This document shows, one piece after another, positions 1-10,230 of a stretch of 64,000 nt of DNA. A program made the position numbers and the translations under genes. Origin of the DNA: Thermotogota bacterium. Lineage in GTDB: Bacteria; Thermotogota; Thermotogae; MWEM01. The DNA lies in contig DAOTHY010000003.1 of the NCBI GenBank assembly GCA_035447925.1, positions 1,474-65,473 on the forward strand. The letters are read 5' to 3'. The notes beneath the pieces were generated by a model. That model did no database searches. It worked only from the letters and a program-made list of their open reading frames with translations, and was not told the DNA's origin. How positions within the stretch are numbered: position 1 is the stretch's first letter; every line of letters starts with the position of its first letter.

Positions 1-766
1 TAAATCCCGCGTTAAAAGCATCACCGGCACCAATGCTGTTGCTGATGGACAAGCTGTTTTTGCTTTCGATGGTTCGTGATCCTGTGGAGGTAACAATCGT
101 CGAGCCTTTTGCCCCGTCTTTAACAATGATGATTCTGGAATCACTCCTTTTTATGAGTTTATTTTGATAATTCAATTGGGTAAATTCCTCCCGGTTTGGC
201 AGTAAATAATCTGTATAGGTTAAAGCCTCCAGGATTTTCTCCGGGTGATTCTTTACAGGATTGGTGCCAGGATCAAGAGAGCAGGGGATTGCTTTTTCTT
301 TTGCCTTTTTCATCGCATAGATTGCCCGTTGAAACTGATTTTCTTCACTTAACAGATATCCTGAGATGTGGAGCCAGCAGATTTGATTGATGAACTGATC
401 ATACAAACGCATATCTAATGGAATGGGCATTGAAGAACGTGATGAAATCATAGTCCGTTTACCGTTGGGGGAAAGGAGTATGTATATTTTTCCGGTGTTG
501 GTTGATTCCTCCCGAATAAACGAGCGGTCCAAATGGATGGCATTTAAAGCACTCTTGACAAATTGTCCTTCCTTGTCATTGCCGTATGTTGCCAGTAAAA
601 GAGGGTGATGCTTCGTCGCTGATAGTTCAAAAGCTGTGTTAAAAGCGGAACCGCCTAGATGAAAATGTTCTCCCTTGAGAATGACCTCAGAGTCTTCCTT
701 CGGGAAATGATCCACTTGTAACAAAATATCCAGAATAATATCCCCAATAATACCCACTTGATTCAT
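1..766 (-). CDS. PfkB-family carbohydrate/nucleoside kinase (partial; C-terminus lies beyond the left edge)
   Basis: Reverse-complement translation from ATG at 764-766 reads MNQVGIIGDIILDILLQVDHFPKED...LGGSAFNTA...SIGAGDAFNAGF. The N-terminal GG motif and C-terminal GAGD/DxxGAGD anion hole are typical of ribokinase-like kinases. No in-window stop codon, so it is not in the ORF track. Confidence 0.7.
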   Translation of the reverse strand, partial: MNQVGIIGDIILDILLQVDHFPKEDSEVILKGEHFHLGGSAFNTAFELSATKHHPLLLATYGNDKEGQFVKSALNAIHLDRSFIREESTNTGKIYILLSPNGKRTMISSRSSMPIPLDMRLYDQFINQICWLHISGYLLSEENQFQRAIYAMKKAKEKAIPCSLDPGTNPVKNHPEKILEALTYTDYLLPNREEFTQLNYQNKLIKRSDSRIIIVKDGAKGSTIVTSTGSRTIESKNSLSISNSIGAGDAFNAGF

Positions 767-906
767 TGTCAACACCACCTTTCAACTGATTATACCTGAC
801 TCGTCGTCGAGGGGCAAGAAGGGACGGATTATGACGCTATTCTGGTTAAGATGTCGATGGTATTGCACATGATACAATGATATAATCAGTCACAATCTAT
901 CAATAA

Positions 907-1713
907 ATGGAGGTGAAACAATTGAATATCACTTTTCTTGGTACGGCTGGAGCTATTCCGACATCCAATAGGACTCATACATCGCTTTGGGTGGAATGTG
1001 ATAAAACGGCAATACTCATAGACTGTTCGGGGGATGTTATTCAAAAAATCAAGAAATATCACTTGCCAGAAGATCTGTTGGATCATGTGATCATCACTCA
1101 CGGGCATATTGATCATACATACGCTTTACCTGCTTTATTGGAAGCACTGAGGTTGCAAGGCAGGACAAAACCGCTTCACATATATATCTGTGAATCGGCG
1201 TTTAAAAAACAGTATCAGATACTGGAACTGTGCAATTTGTTGCATAGGGAAGATGGTTTTTCCATTATTTTTCACACCGTACCGTTAATTGAGAATTATC
1301 ATCTGATATCTGGCGTTAATATGGACTGTTTTACTTATCCGGTAAAACATCTCATCCCCAATGTTTCTATAAGGTTTACAGAAGGCTTTAAGAGTTTAAC
1401 CTATTCCGGCGATACGGAACCCTTTGATGAATTTGCTGATTTTGCCATGAACTCAGATGTCCTGATTCACGAATGCCTGGTTGCGAAGTGGTTTAGCGAG
1501 ACATTAACAGGTCATTCCAGAACGGATCAAGTTGGAAAGATCGCTCAAAAGGCAAAAGCAAAAACACTCTATCCGGTTCATTTTTCACCCAGGGTAGATG
1601 AGAATCTCCAACGATTTCAGGAAGAGATTGCACAAGAATACTCAGGAAAGATCGTTGTTCCTTATGATGGGTTACAATTCAGATTAAAAGATGATAAAAT
1701 AGAAGAAATATAG
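907..1713 (+). CDS. MBL-fold metallo-hydrolase (RNase Z-like short form)
   Basis: HxHxDH motif (ITHGHIDHTYAL); 268 aa beta-lactamase-fold architecture. Confidence 0.7.
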   Translation: MEVKQLNITFLGTAGAIPTSNRTHTSLWVECDKTAILIDCSGDVIQKIKKYHLPEDLLDHVIITHGHIDHTYALPALLEALRLQGRTKPLHIYICESAFKKQYQILELCNLLHREDGFSIIFHTVPLIENYHLISGVNMDCFTYPVKHLIPNVSIRFTEGFKSLTYSGDTEPFDEFADFAMNSDVLIHECLVAKWFSETLTGHSRTDQVGKIAQKAKAKTLYPVHFSPRVDENLQRFQEEIAQEYSGKIVVPYDGLQFRLKDDKIEEI

Positions 1714-1743
1714 CACAAATACACAAATACGGGGAGGTTTGCA

Positions 1744-3129
1744 ATGACAAAACAAGAATTTTGGAAATTCATTGAGGAAAACGAGGTGCTTTTCGTTGAC
1801 TTGAAAGTGGTAGATTTTTATGGTGGTTGGAAGCATGTGACATTGCCGGTGGAGTCAGTAGATGACAAGATGCTCGATAGCGGAATCGGTTTTGACGCAT
1901 CCAATTTTGGCTATGCAGTGGTTGAAAAAAGTGACATGGTCATGATACCTGATTTGGATACGGTCATATGTGATGATTTTGGTGATTACGAAACAGCTTC
2001 CATCATATGCGATGTGTACGATCCTCAGTCTGGAGAACGTTTTGATCAGGATCCCAGAGGTATTTTGACCAAGGTTGTTGAACAGGTTCAAAAAGAAGGC
2101 ATTGCAGATGAGATCCTGTTTGGACCTGAATACGAATTTCATGTGCTGGATGAGGTTCAACATGAAGTGAGTCCGAACTCAATTATGCTTCGGCTCGATA
2201 GTTGTGAGGGTTTTTGGAATTCATCCGAAACGGGAGAATATCTGATTGGTAAAAAGCGTGGTTATCACAGAACAGCACCATTTGACAAATTCTTTGTCTT
2301 GAGAAACGAGATCGTTAATGAACTCGTACAAAAGGGAATCGAAGTGAAGTACCATCATCATGAAGTCGGAACGGCACAACTTGAAATCGAAACAAATTTC
2401 ATGGATGCCAAAAAGGCCGCTGATGCAACGCTTTTAACAAAATATGTAATCAGAAACATCGCCCTTGAACACGGCTTTCTCGTGACCTTTTTACCTAAAC
2501 CAATCTACAATGAAGCGGGAAACGGCATGCATGTTCACCAGTTCATGAAAAAAGACGGCAAGAATGTTTTTGCAGGTGACAAGATTTACGGGCTGTCTCA
2601 GTTGGCACTCCAGTATACGGCCGGAATACTCAAGCATTCTCGGGCTTTGTTGGGTTTTTCAAATCCCACAACAAATTCATATCGAAGACTGGTTCCGGGT
2701 TTTGAGGCGCCGACCAATGCTGTCTTTGCCTTGGCCAATCGCACGTCAGCCATCAGAATCCCTGGTTATGTAAAAGATGATGCAAAAAGAAGAATCGAGT
2801 TCAGGACAATCGATGCCACCTGTAATCCTTATTTAGCGTTTGCCGCCATGATTATGGCTGGAGTAGATGGCATTATGAATAAAATTGACCCCACTAAAGA
2901 AGGCTACGGACCCTTTGACGGTGATTTGAGTCATTCCATCCAGCATCCGCTCCCGAAGAATCTGGAAGAGGCCGTTTTGTCATTAAGAGAAGACCATGAA
3001 TTTCTCAAACGCTGGGACATTTTCCCTGAAGCACTCATCAACAAATGGGTGGAAAAGAAATTGGAGGAACATCGTTTGGTTTCCACCATCACCCATCCGG
3101 TGGAATATCAGATGTATTTTGATCTTTAA
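1744..3129 (+). CDS. glnA: glutamine synthetase (type I family glutamate-ammonia ligase)
   Basis: 461 aa. GS N-terminal beta-grasp plus catalytic domain motifs (EYEFHV..., NPYLAFAA). Rho-independent terminator immediately downstream. Confidence 0.8.
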   Translation: MTKQEFWKFIEENEVLFVDLKVVDFYGGWKHVTLPVESVDDKMLDSGIGFDASNFGYAVVEKSDMVMIPDLDTVICDDFGDYETASIICDVYDPQSGERFDQDPRGILTKVVEQVQKEGIADEILFGPEYEFHVLDEVQHEVSPNSIMLRLDSCEGFWNSSETGEYLIGKKRGYHRTAPFDKFFVLRNEIVNELVQKGIEVKYHHHEVGTAQLEIETNFMDAKKAADATLLTKYVIRNIALEHGFLVTFLPKPIYNEAGNGMHVHQFMKKDGKNVFAGDKIYGLSQLALQYTAGILKHSRALLGFSNPTTNSYRRLVPGFEAPTNAVFALANRTSAIRIPGYVKDDAKRRIEFRTIDATCNPYLAFAAMIMAGVDGIMNKIDPTKEGYGPFDGDLSHSIQHPLPKNLEEAVLSLREDHEFLKRWDIFPEALINKWVEKKLEEHRLVSTITHPVEYQMYFDL

Positions 3130-3158
3130 AAAATAGTTCAATGGTATAATGAGTCAAC

Positions 3159-3187
3159 GGAGGCGGATTGCGATCCGCCTCTTTATG
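3159..3187 (+). terminator. rho-independent terminator after glnA
   Basis: GAGGCGGAT-tgcg-ATCCGCCTC perfect 9-bp stem followed by TTTAT. Confidence 0.6.
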
Positions 3188-3212
3188 ATTGAAAGGATTG
3201 AAGGTGAACGAT

Positions 3213-4172
3213 ATGAAAGAGAAATGGTATGAGATTGCCGATGAGGTTGAAAAGGCGTTAGAAAATCAGCAACCGGTCGTAGCGTTGGAATCCACATTGA
3301 TTGCACAAGGTTTACCCTATCCGAAAAACATCGAAGTGGCTCTTGCCATGGAAGGTGCGGTGCGTCAATCCGGTGCTGTTCCGGCGACAATAGGTATCAT
3401 CAATGGAATCTGCAAAATTGGGCTTTCCAGGCAGGAAGTAGAATTTCTTGGTGATGGTAAAAGCAAGGTATTCAAAGTAGGCGAAGGGGAGCTTCCATTT
3501 GTGATTGGGACACAGAAGAACGCTTCCACTACCGTAAGCGGAACAGCCTGGCTGGCTGATCGATTCAACATCAAAGTCTTTGCAACTGGAGGAACTGGCG
3601 GCGTACATAGAAATGTAACGGAATCATACGACGTATCCCAGGACCTTTTTACCATGAGCCATACCCCTATTGTTATTGTCAGTTCAGGTGCCAAATCCAT
3701 CTTGGATATCCAAAAGACTAACGAAGTCATGGAATCGTACGGGATTTTGATAGTGGGATACCGGACGGACTATTTCCCGGCTTTTTACAGTCGGAAATCT
3801 TCTATCGGGTTGAATTATCGTGTTGATGAGGCAGTACAGGTGGCAAAAGTCTACCGAGCGAAATCCATGATGAAGAGCAAACAAGCGCTTTTGGTTGCAA
3901 ATCCTGTTCCCGAAGCAGACGAAATAGACGAAAAACAAATCAACAAGATCATACAGGAGGCTACCGAAGAAGCCTCTAGAAAAGGGATTAAGGGAAAGGA
4001 AATTACTCCGTTTCTTTTGGCCAATATCGCCGAAAGAAGTGGTGGAACCAGCATGAAGGCTAATATTGCATTGTTGATAAACAACGCAAAAACGGCAGGC
4101 GAGATTGCTGTGGAAGTGTCAAAGGTTCTTAACAACGGGAATAAAAAGCAAATTGGTTTTTCTCAAGAGTAA
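3213..4172 (+). CDS. psuG: pseudouridine-5'-phosphate glycosidase
   Basis: Full-length similarity pattern to PsuG/IndA (PVVALESTLI..., VFATGGTGGVHR, ITPFLLANIAE). Start moved to ATG 3213 (MKEKW) behind an AAGGTGA Shine-Dalgarno site. Confidence 0.85.
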   Translation: MKEKWYEIADEVEKALENQQPVVALESTLIAQGLPYPKNIEVALAMEGAVRQSGAVPATIGIINGICKIGLSRQEVEFLGDGKSKVFKVGEGELPFVIGTQKNASTTVSGTAWLADRFNIKVFATGGTGGVHRNVTESYDVSQDLFTMSHTPIVIVSSGAKSILDIQKTNEVMESYGILIVGYRTDYFPAFYSRKSSIGLNYRVDEAVQVAKVYRAKSMMKSKQALLVANPVPEADEIDEKQINKIIQEATEEASRKGIKGKEITPFLLANIAERSGGTSMKANIALLINNAKTAGEIAVEVSKVLNNGNKKQIGFSQE

Positions 4173-4180
4173 ACGATAGC

Positions 4181-4798
4181 ATGCCTTGTGAGTTTTGTCA
4201 TATTCTTCAATATCAAAAGGAAAAAATCATAGCAGAGAATGAGTTTTTTTTCTCTTTTTACGATAAATACCCTTTGAACGAGGGGCATACTTTGATCGCT
4301 CCCAAAAGGCATTTTGCAAATTTTTTTGAGATGACGGCGGTTGAATGGATCAATGCCAGACAGATTGTTTTTCAGCTCAAGGAGACCTTAGATGCCCAAC
4401 TGAGTCCCACCGGCTATAACATAGGTGTAAACGTGGGCGAGGATGCCGGGCAAAGTATTTTTCATGCGCACATTCATATTATTCCCCGCTATACCGGTGA
4501 TATTGAGAATCCCGGTCCACAGGACCGGAAGGTTAATATGCCTTTGTTTGAATTTATGAGGGATAATGAAATATTTAAAAAGATCATTTATTCACAAATG
4601 GCCAGAAAAAAACTGGAGAGTGTGATTCAAAAAAGCGATATGTCGAGCTTAGAGGATATCAAAGGAGACATGATTTACCTTGAAGAACTGAAAAAAAAGC
4701 TAAAGGTTGCTGTTGAGGATTTTTGCCACAATCAGGATGGTGAATCGTATGACAGAATTATCGAGTCTTTGGAATTGATTTCAATTGTCAAGGGTTGA
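4181..4798 (+). CDS. HIT-family hydrolase with C-terminal extension
   Basis: Histidine triad HAHIHIIPR. N-terminal HIT domain plus an ~85 aa charged C-terminal tail. Confidence 0.75.
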   Translation: MPCEFCHILQYQKEKIIAENEFFFSFYDKYPLNEGHTLIAPKRHFANFFEMTAVEWINARQIVFQLKETLDAQLSPTGYNIGVNVGEDAGQSIFHAHIHIIPRYTGDIENPGPQDRKVNMPLFEFMRDNEIFKKIIYSQMARKKLESVIQKSDMSSLEDIKGDMIYLEELKKKLKVAVEDFCHNQDGESYDRIIESLELISIVKG

Positions 4799-5999
4799 GG
4801 GATTGACATCTTTGAACAATGAGTTCGAAACTGAAAGTACTACCTTGGTTAATTACACTTTCTAATTTGATTTGTGAATGCATCATTTCTAAGATTTTGT
4901 CCACAATGGTCAATCCCAATCCCGTTCCACCGTATTTTCTTGTGATGGAAGAGTCTGCTTGAGTGAAATATTCAAAAATCTTTGTTTGCTCATCGTCTTT
5001 GATTCCGATTCCGGTATCTGATACAGCAAATCTTAATGTTAAGTCTTTGTTTGTCGACCGGATTTGTTGGCAATGAATCGCAATACCGCCTTGTTCGGTA
5101 AATTTTACGGCATTTGAGAGCAGGTTAACCAAAACCTGAGACAGATGATACGAATCTGTCATCACACAACTGGGGATAGAGTCATCCACAAAAATTTCCG
5201 TTTTCAGACCTTTTTTTCCCGCTTTGTATTTTGTCATTCTATAGGCATTTTCCACCAATGTTTTAATGTTCGTCTGAGTGTGTTCAATGACCAGTGCGCC
5301 GGCTTCTATTTTTGAGAAATCCAGTATATCCTCAATGATATTGAGCAGATTGTGACTGGAAAAAAGGACATCCTCTACATAGGATTGTTGTTCTGGTGAC
5401 AATGTGGTATCTTTCAGCAAATTGGTAAAACCCAAAATCCCGTTCAGAGGTGTTCTCAATTCATGGCTCATGTTGGCAAGAAATTCGCTTTTTGCTTGAT
5501 TGGACGCTTCAGCCAGTTTTTTTTCAATCGTTAAGTTCTCATTGGTTAATTTGAGTTCCTTTTCCATTTGCTTGCGTTTGGTAATATCCAAACAAAAAGC
5601 CATGTAAGTGTTCTGTGACAATTTCACCGTTCTTAATAACGCATAAAATTCACTGCCGTCTTTTTTGAGTAAAGGCGTTTCTTTTTGGATGGATAAAACG
5701 GTTTGATTCTTGTCAACTGAATGCTCATGATTGAGTTCTTCAAATGGATTAACGCTTATCTTTGATGATAAAAGATCCTGAATGGTCATTTGCAACAGTT
5801 CATCTCTGGAATAACCCGTCATTTGACAAGCAACACTGTTGACATCCAGATAACTCAGACTTGAATCGGCAATAAATATCCCTAAAGGCGCATTTTCCAT
5901 ATAACTCCTGTAACGTTTTTCGCTCTTTTTCAATTCTTCCCGATTTATTCTTAAGGACCTTTCGGTCTCCTTTCTTTTGTTGATTTGGAAGTTCATCAT
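4788..5999 (-). CDS. cytoplasmic PAS-domain sensor histidine kinase (no cognate response regulator adjacent)
   Basis: N-terminal coiled coil, PAS region, HisKA H-box (MSHELRTPLNGI) and HATPase_c G-boxes (DTGIGI, GGTGLGL). No TM segments. Confidence 0.8.
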   Translation of the reverse strand: MMNFQINKRKETERSLRINREELKKSEKRYRSYMENAPLGIFIADSSLSYLDVNSVACQMTGYSRDELLQMTIQDLLSSKISVNPFEELNHEHSVDKNQTVLSIQKETPLLKKDGSEFYALLRTVKLSQNTYMAFCLDITKRKQMEKELKLTNENLTIEKKLAEASNQAKSEFLANMSHELRTPLNGILGFTNLLKDTTLSPEQQSYVEDVLFSSHNLLNIIEDILDFSKIEAGALVIEHTQTNIKTLVENAYRMTKYKAGKKGLKTEIFVDDSIPSCVMTDSYHLSQVLVNLLSNAVKFTEQGGIAIHCQQIRSTNKDLTLRFAVSDTGIGIKDDEQTKIFEYFTQADSSITRKYGGTGLGLTIVDKILEMMHSQIKLESVINQGSTFSFELIVQRCQSLNP

Positions 6000-6073
6000 T
6001 TTATTGAGAATGAAAAGTTTTTCATCAGAATCGGGAAAGATAATTCATGGTATAATGATTAGGAAAACGAATA

Positions 6074-7471
6074 TTGCGCTTGGAGATGATGTTTTTGAGT
6101 TTTTTTAGAAATCTAAACAGCCGTATGAATGAAAAAGTCGATATTTTTGAATTGCCCATTTACAAGGGATTATTGCGTTTGGCTTGGCCCATTGTTTTGA
6201 CCAATCTATTACAGACGATTTATAATATCACAGATGCCTATTTTTTGGGAAAATTGGGAACCGTTGAATTTTCAGCGCCAACGGTAACTTTTCCGGTCGT
6301 TTTTATTCTCATATCCCTTGCTATGGGTTTTTCACATGCTGCGACTTCCATGATCGCTCAGTATACGGGTATGAAGAACAAACCGTTAGCTGAAAAATCA
6401 GCTGCACAAGTTATATTGACTTTGTTGTCCCTTTCTTTGTTTATTATGCTATTGGGCTATCTGTTTTCTGAAAACATTTTGCGTTGGATGAATATATCAC
6501 CCGAATTATTTGATTCAGCTCTGGGATATTTGAGAATTATGATTCTGGCCATTCCTTTTATCTTTTTTACTGAACTGTTTTCAAGTATTTTTAGAGGTTG
6601 GGGAAATTCAGTCATTGCTTTGAGGATGATGTTTTTCGCAGTGGTTTTTAATATTATTTTGGATCCTCTCTTTATCTTTGTTTTCAATTTGGGTGTACAA
6701 GGTGCGGCATTTGCGACCCTTATTGCCAGGGGAACGGCTGCCTGTTATTTTTTAACCGTATTAATCAGCAATCGGTTGGGATTTACCGTACACATGAAGG
6801 ATTTCAGACCGGATTTTAAGATGATTAAAAAGATTTTGGCGATTGGGCTACCCGGTTCGATCGGACAGTCCGTGACAGCAGTGGGTTTCACTTTTATCAT
6901 GAGTGTTGTGGCTGGTTTCGGGACGACAGTTATCAGTATCTATGGCATCGGGCAAAGGGTACTGTCCATGGTTACCATGTTTGCCATGGGGATGTCTTTG
7001 GCAACGGCCACGATGGCGGGTCAATTTGTCGGTGCGTGTGAACCTGAAAAGGCTGAAGAAACGGTAAAAAAGGCGGCCCTAATGACATTTTTGGTTGTGC
7101 TTTTCATTTCTGGACTGCTATTCTTTTTTGGCCAATATGTGACGCAATTTTTTATCAATCAGCAGGAAGTCATAGAATTGGGCAGACATTTCTTCAGATT
7201 AGTGTCTATGTCTTTGCCATTTTTTGCTACCATGTCTGTTTTTCAAGGTGCTTTACGGGGAACGGGACACACGATGCAAGCTACCATAGCCGACTTGATC
7301 CGTCTTTGGGGTGTGAGAATTCCATTTGTGTTGATCTTATCAAAACTGTATGGTTTTAATGGGATTTTCTACGCAATGATCATCAGTAACATGGGAGCTT
7401 TGATCATTGTTTTCTTCTTTTTACGCCTTGGGAATTGGAAACAAAGGGTTGTTGAAGAATATCGATCATAA
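6074..7471 (+). CDS. MATE-family multidrug efflux transporter
   Basis: 12-TM architecture with MATE N-terminal signature (LLRLAWPIVLTNLLQ). Start is ambiguous (TTG 6074, ATG 6086 or ATG 6125). Confidence 0.75.
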   Translation: MRLEMMFLSFFRNLNSRMNEKVDIFELPIYKGLLRLAWPIVLTNLLQTIYNITDAYFLGKLGTVEFSAPTVTFPVVFILISLAMGFSHAATSMIAQYTGMKNKPLAEKSAAQVILTLLSLSLFIMLLGYLFSENILRWMNISPELFDSALGYLRIMILAIPFIFFTELFSSIFRGWGNSVIALRMMFFAVVFNIILDPLFIFVFNLGVQGAAFATLIARGTAACYFLTVLISNRLGFTVHMKDFRPDFKMIKKILAIGLPGSIGQSVTAVGFTFIMSVVAGFGTTVISIYGIGQRVLSMVTMFAMGMSLATATMAGQFVGACEPEKAEETVKKAALMTFLVVLFISGLLFFFGQYVTQFFINQQEVIELGRHFFRLVSMSLPFFATMSVFQGALRGTGHTMQATIADLIRLWGVRIPFVLILSKLYGFNGIFYAMIISNMGALIIVFFFLRLGNWKQRVVEEYRS

Positions 7472-7502
7472 AAAGGGGCATAATCAGCATGCCCCTTTTT
7501 AT
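7471..7502. terminator. bidirectional hairpin terminator between MATE gene (+) and trxB (-)
   Basis: AAAAGGGGCAT-aatcagc-ATGCCCCTTTTT with an A-tract on the left and a T-tract on the right. Confidence 0.65.
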
Positions 7503-7518
7503 GAGAATGACTTTTTGT

Positions 7519-8487
7519 TTAAAAATACAATTTAATTGCGCTGGCTGCAGCACTTGCACCATCAGCGGCAGCATTAATGATTTGCCTCAGTTCTTTGTCA
7601 ATGACGTCTCCAACGGCAAAAACCCCCGGGAGAGTTGTTTCAAAAGTAACCGGGTCGACTTTTATAAAGCCGTCAGGTGTTGTTTGGACGAGATTTTTAA
7701 ATAACCCGGAATTGGGAACCAACCCCACATAAATAAAAACGCCATCGACTTGAAGTTCATGTTTCGTGCCATCTTTAACGTTATTTAGCACAAGGTTGTT
7801 GACAAAGGCATCCCCTTGAATCTCTTCAACAACACTATCCCATACAAAATCCATTTTGGGATTGTTGAATGCCCTTTCTTGTAAAATTCGATCAGCCCTT
7901 AGACTGTTTCTGCGATGAATCACAGTTACTTTAGCGGCCGTTTGAGTGAGATATAGTCCTTCATCGATAGCTGAATTGCCTCCGCCGATAACGGCAACGT
8001 GCTTGTCTGCGAAAAAAGCGCCATCGCAAATGGCACAATATGAAACGCCTTTTCCTTCGTATTCCTTTTCGCCAAGTACATTTAGTTTCCTATGCGTTGC
8101 TCCTGTAGCTATAACAAGCACTTTTGCAGCTATTTCACTTGAATCATCTAAAGTGATGGTTTTCTTATCACAGCATATGGTGATGTTCTTAACCCCTCTA
8201 TTGGAAATGGTTGCGCCAAAATGTTTTGCGTGATCGCTAAACCTTTCCGCCAGTTCCAACCCATCAATGGAGGTAAAACCCGGATAGTTTTCAACCTTTT
8301 CTGTGGCGGCTATTTGCCCACCCTCACTGCTTTTTTCTATTACAAGGGTATCCAATCCACCCCTTGACGCATAAATGGCAGCTGTTAATCCTGCCGGTCC
8401 CCCCCCGATGATGATCATGTCATAGCTTTCTTTCAATTGCTTTGACGTGGACGAATCTCCCAAATCAAAAAACACCAATTCTATCAC
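7519..8487 (-). CDS. trxB: thioredoxin-disulfide reductase
   Basis: FAD-binding GGGPAG, redox-active CAICDG, NADPH-binding GGGNSA. 322 aa. Confidence 0.9.
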   Translation of the reverse strand: MIELVFFDLGDSSTSKQLKESYDMIIIGGGPAGLTAAIYASRGGLDTLVIEKSSEGGQIAATEKVENYPGFTSIDGLELAERFSDHAKHFGATISNRGVKNITICCDKKTITLDDSSEIAAKVLVIATGATHRKLNVLGEKEYEGKGVSYCAICDGAFFADKHVAVIGGGNSAIDEGLYLTQTAAKVTVIHRRNSLRADRILQERAFNNPKMDFVWDSVVEEIQGDAFVNNLVLNNVKDGTKHELQVDGVFIYVGLVPNSGLFKNLVQTTPDGFIKVDPVTFETTLPGVFAVGDVIDKELRQIINAAADGASAAASAIKLYF

Positions 8488-8500
8488 CCCATTATGGTCT

Positions 8501-9166
8501 TTATAATACTTTTAAAACCTCATCAAGATATTCCCGTTCAGGGAAGGCACCTACAAATGAATTGGCTCCGTCATTGATGACCATTTGCGGAACGGATGAT
8601 ACGCCGTATTTCGCAGAAAGTTCCGGAAATTCAGAAGCTTCAACCATTTCCCCTTTAATAAATTCCGGGTTGATCATGGAGAAATAATGAGCCGTTAAAA
8701 CAGCCTTTGGACAATATGGACATGTCGGAGTTACAAACGCTTGGATCTTAACGGGTTTGTTGATTGCTTTCAGTTTTTCAACGATGTCTTGACTTACGGG
8801 TGGATTAGCACCATTCGAGATGATAACGATATCCTCAAGTAAAGTGGCAAACTCATGGCCAAAAGGGGCCCCATGAAAAATGACGTTATAATGTTTTAAG
8901 TTTTTGTCCAAAATGACAAATCCGGGTAGATACTCCACCCCATATTTTTTTGCCAATTCTTGATCCTGTTCGTAAATGTGTTCTTCTATTTCCAGTTTCC
9001 CTTCAGACAGCGAGGCAACCTCTTGCAATACCTCTTTTGTCAAGGTGCAATAATGGCATTTCGATTCGTCCTCAGTTAGGAACAGTATAATCTTCACATT
9101 GTCCTTCATTTCCTCTGCCAATCTGTCCTTTATCTGTACCTGATCCTTTTTCTTCAATAAGCCCAT
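8501..9166 (-). CDS. glutaredoxin-like protein disulfide oxidoreductase (two thioredoxin-fold units, CHYC and CPYC)
   Basis: Two CxxC motifs in a ~220 aa protein (Pyrococcus/Thermotoga PDO-like). Start moved to ATG 9166 behind a GGAGG Shine-Dalgarno site. Directly downstream of trxB. Confidence 0.7.
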   Translation of the reverse strand: MGLLKKKDQVQIKDRLAEEMKDNVKIILFLTEDESKCHYCTLTKEVLQEVASLSEGKLEIEEHIYEQDQELAKKYGVEYLPGFVILDKNLKHYNVIFHGAPFGHEFATLLEDIVIISNGANPPVSQDIVEKLKAINKPVKIQAFVTPTCPYCPKAVLTAHYFSMINPEFIKGEMVEASEFPELSAKYGVSSVPQMVINDGANSFVGAFPEREYLDEVLKVL

Positions 9167-9255
9167 CCTTAAACCTCCAAAAAATAATGATAATTTATAC
9201 CCCCTGTGGGTATTCAAATCAATTTGACGTGAAATTTTTAAAATTTATTTCAACC

Positions 9256-9283
9256 AGAAAAAAGAGCCCATATTCTGGGCTCT
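9256..9283 (-). terminator. rho-independent terminator of SPFH/NfeD operon (minus strand)
   Basis: AGAGCCCA-tattc-TGGGCTCT stem with a U-tract on the minus strand. Confidence 0.6.
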
Positions 9284-9291
9284 AATAAAGC

Positions 9292-10215
9292 TTATACTTT
9301 TGGCTTGGAGTCATTCGAATTTGCTTTGTTGAACATTTCACCAATGGCCCCGATACTACCAAGGATTCCCGAAGTTTCCATAGGAAGGAATATTTTGGAT
9401 GCCTGGCCATTGGCAATATCTTTGAGGGCTTCAAGGTATTTGATGGCGATGACATCGTCTGTGGCGTTTCCTTTGTGAATGGACTCAAATACTTTATAAA
9501 TGGCCTCCGCTTGTCCTTCTGCTTCAGTACTCAGTTGGAATTTACGAGCCTGTGCTTCCAATCTCACTGCTTCCGCTTTTCCTTGCGCATCCAAAATCCA
9601 AGCCTGCTTTTTACCTTCAGCCTTGGTAATTTCAGATTCCTTGATTCCTTGAGCTTCTAAAATGACCGCACGTTTTACCCTTTCGGATTTCATTTGTCTG
9701 CTCATGGCATCTGTAATATCTTGAGGAGGATCTATCCGCTTGATTTCAACTCTGGAAACCTTGACGCCCCAGTTGTCAGTGGCATCATCCAGTACTTCTC
9801 TTAATCTGGTGTTGATCATTTCCCTGGAGGTCAGGGTCTGATCTAATTCCAATTCACCGATGACATTTCTAAGATTGGTTTGTGCAAGCTTAATCGCAGC
9901 ATCCTGGAACATCGAAATATTGTAAAGGACCATGTAGGCATCTGTTACCTGATAGTATATGATGGCATCAACAGATACCACCACATTGTCATTGGTAATT
10001 ACTTCTTGAGGGGGGACATCGATGACTTGTTCACGCATGTCCACTTTAGTCATTCTTTCAAATAAAGGGATAACAAACTGAATGCCTGCTTCTCCAATTC
10101 TGTTGAATTTCCCCAATCTTTCAATTACCCCTTTTTCGTAAGGTCTGATGATCCTTATTCCGGCCATGGCAAAGATAAAGATAAAACAAATTAAAACAAT
10201 CAATGCAATCAGCAT
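9292..10215 (-). CDS. SPFH/band-7 (stomatin/prohibitin-like) membrane protein
   Basis: N-terminal TM, SPFH core and coiled-coil C-terminus. Paired with the upstream NfeD gene, as is classic. Confidence 0.85.
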   Translation of the reverse strand: MLIALIVLICFIFIFAMAGIRIIRPYEKGVIERLGKFNRIGEAGIQFVIPLFERMTKVDMREQVIDVPPQEVITNDNVVVSVDAIIYYQVTDAYMVLYNISMFQDAAIKLAQTNLRNVIGELELDQTLTSREMINTRLREVLDDATDNWGVKVSRVEIKRIDPPQDITDAMSRQMKSERVKRAVILEAQGIKESEITKAEGKKQAWILDAQGKAEAVRLEAQARKFQLSTEAEGQAEAIYKVFESIHKGNATDDVIAIKYLEALKDIANGQASKIFLPMETSGILGSIGAIGEMFNKANSNDSKPKV

Positions 10216-10230
10216 AGTTTTTTTACCTCC

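Noticed and set aside
1855-2163. Antisense ORFs within glnA, psuG (3312..4135) and other well-supported genes
   Set aside because: They are fully embedded in stronger, recognisable coding frames and have no independent signals.
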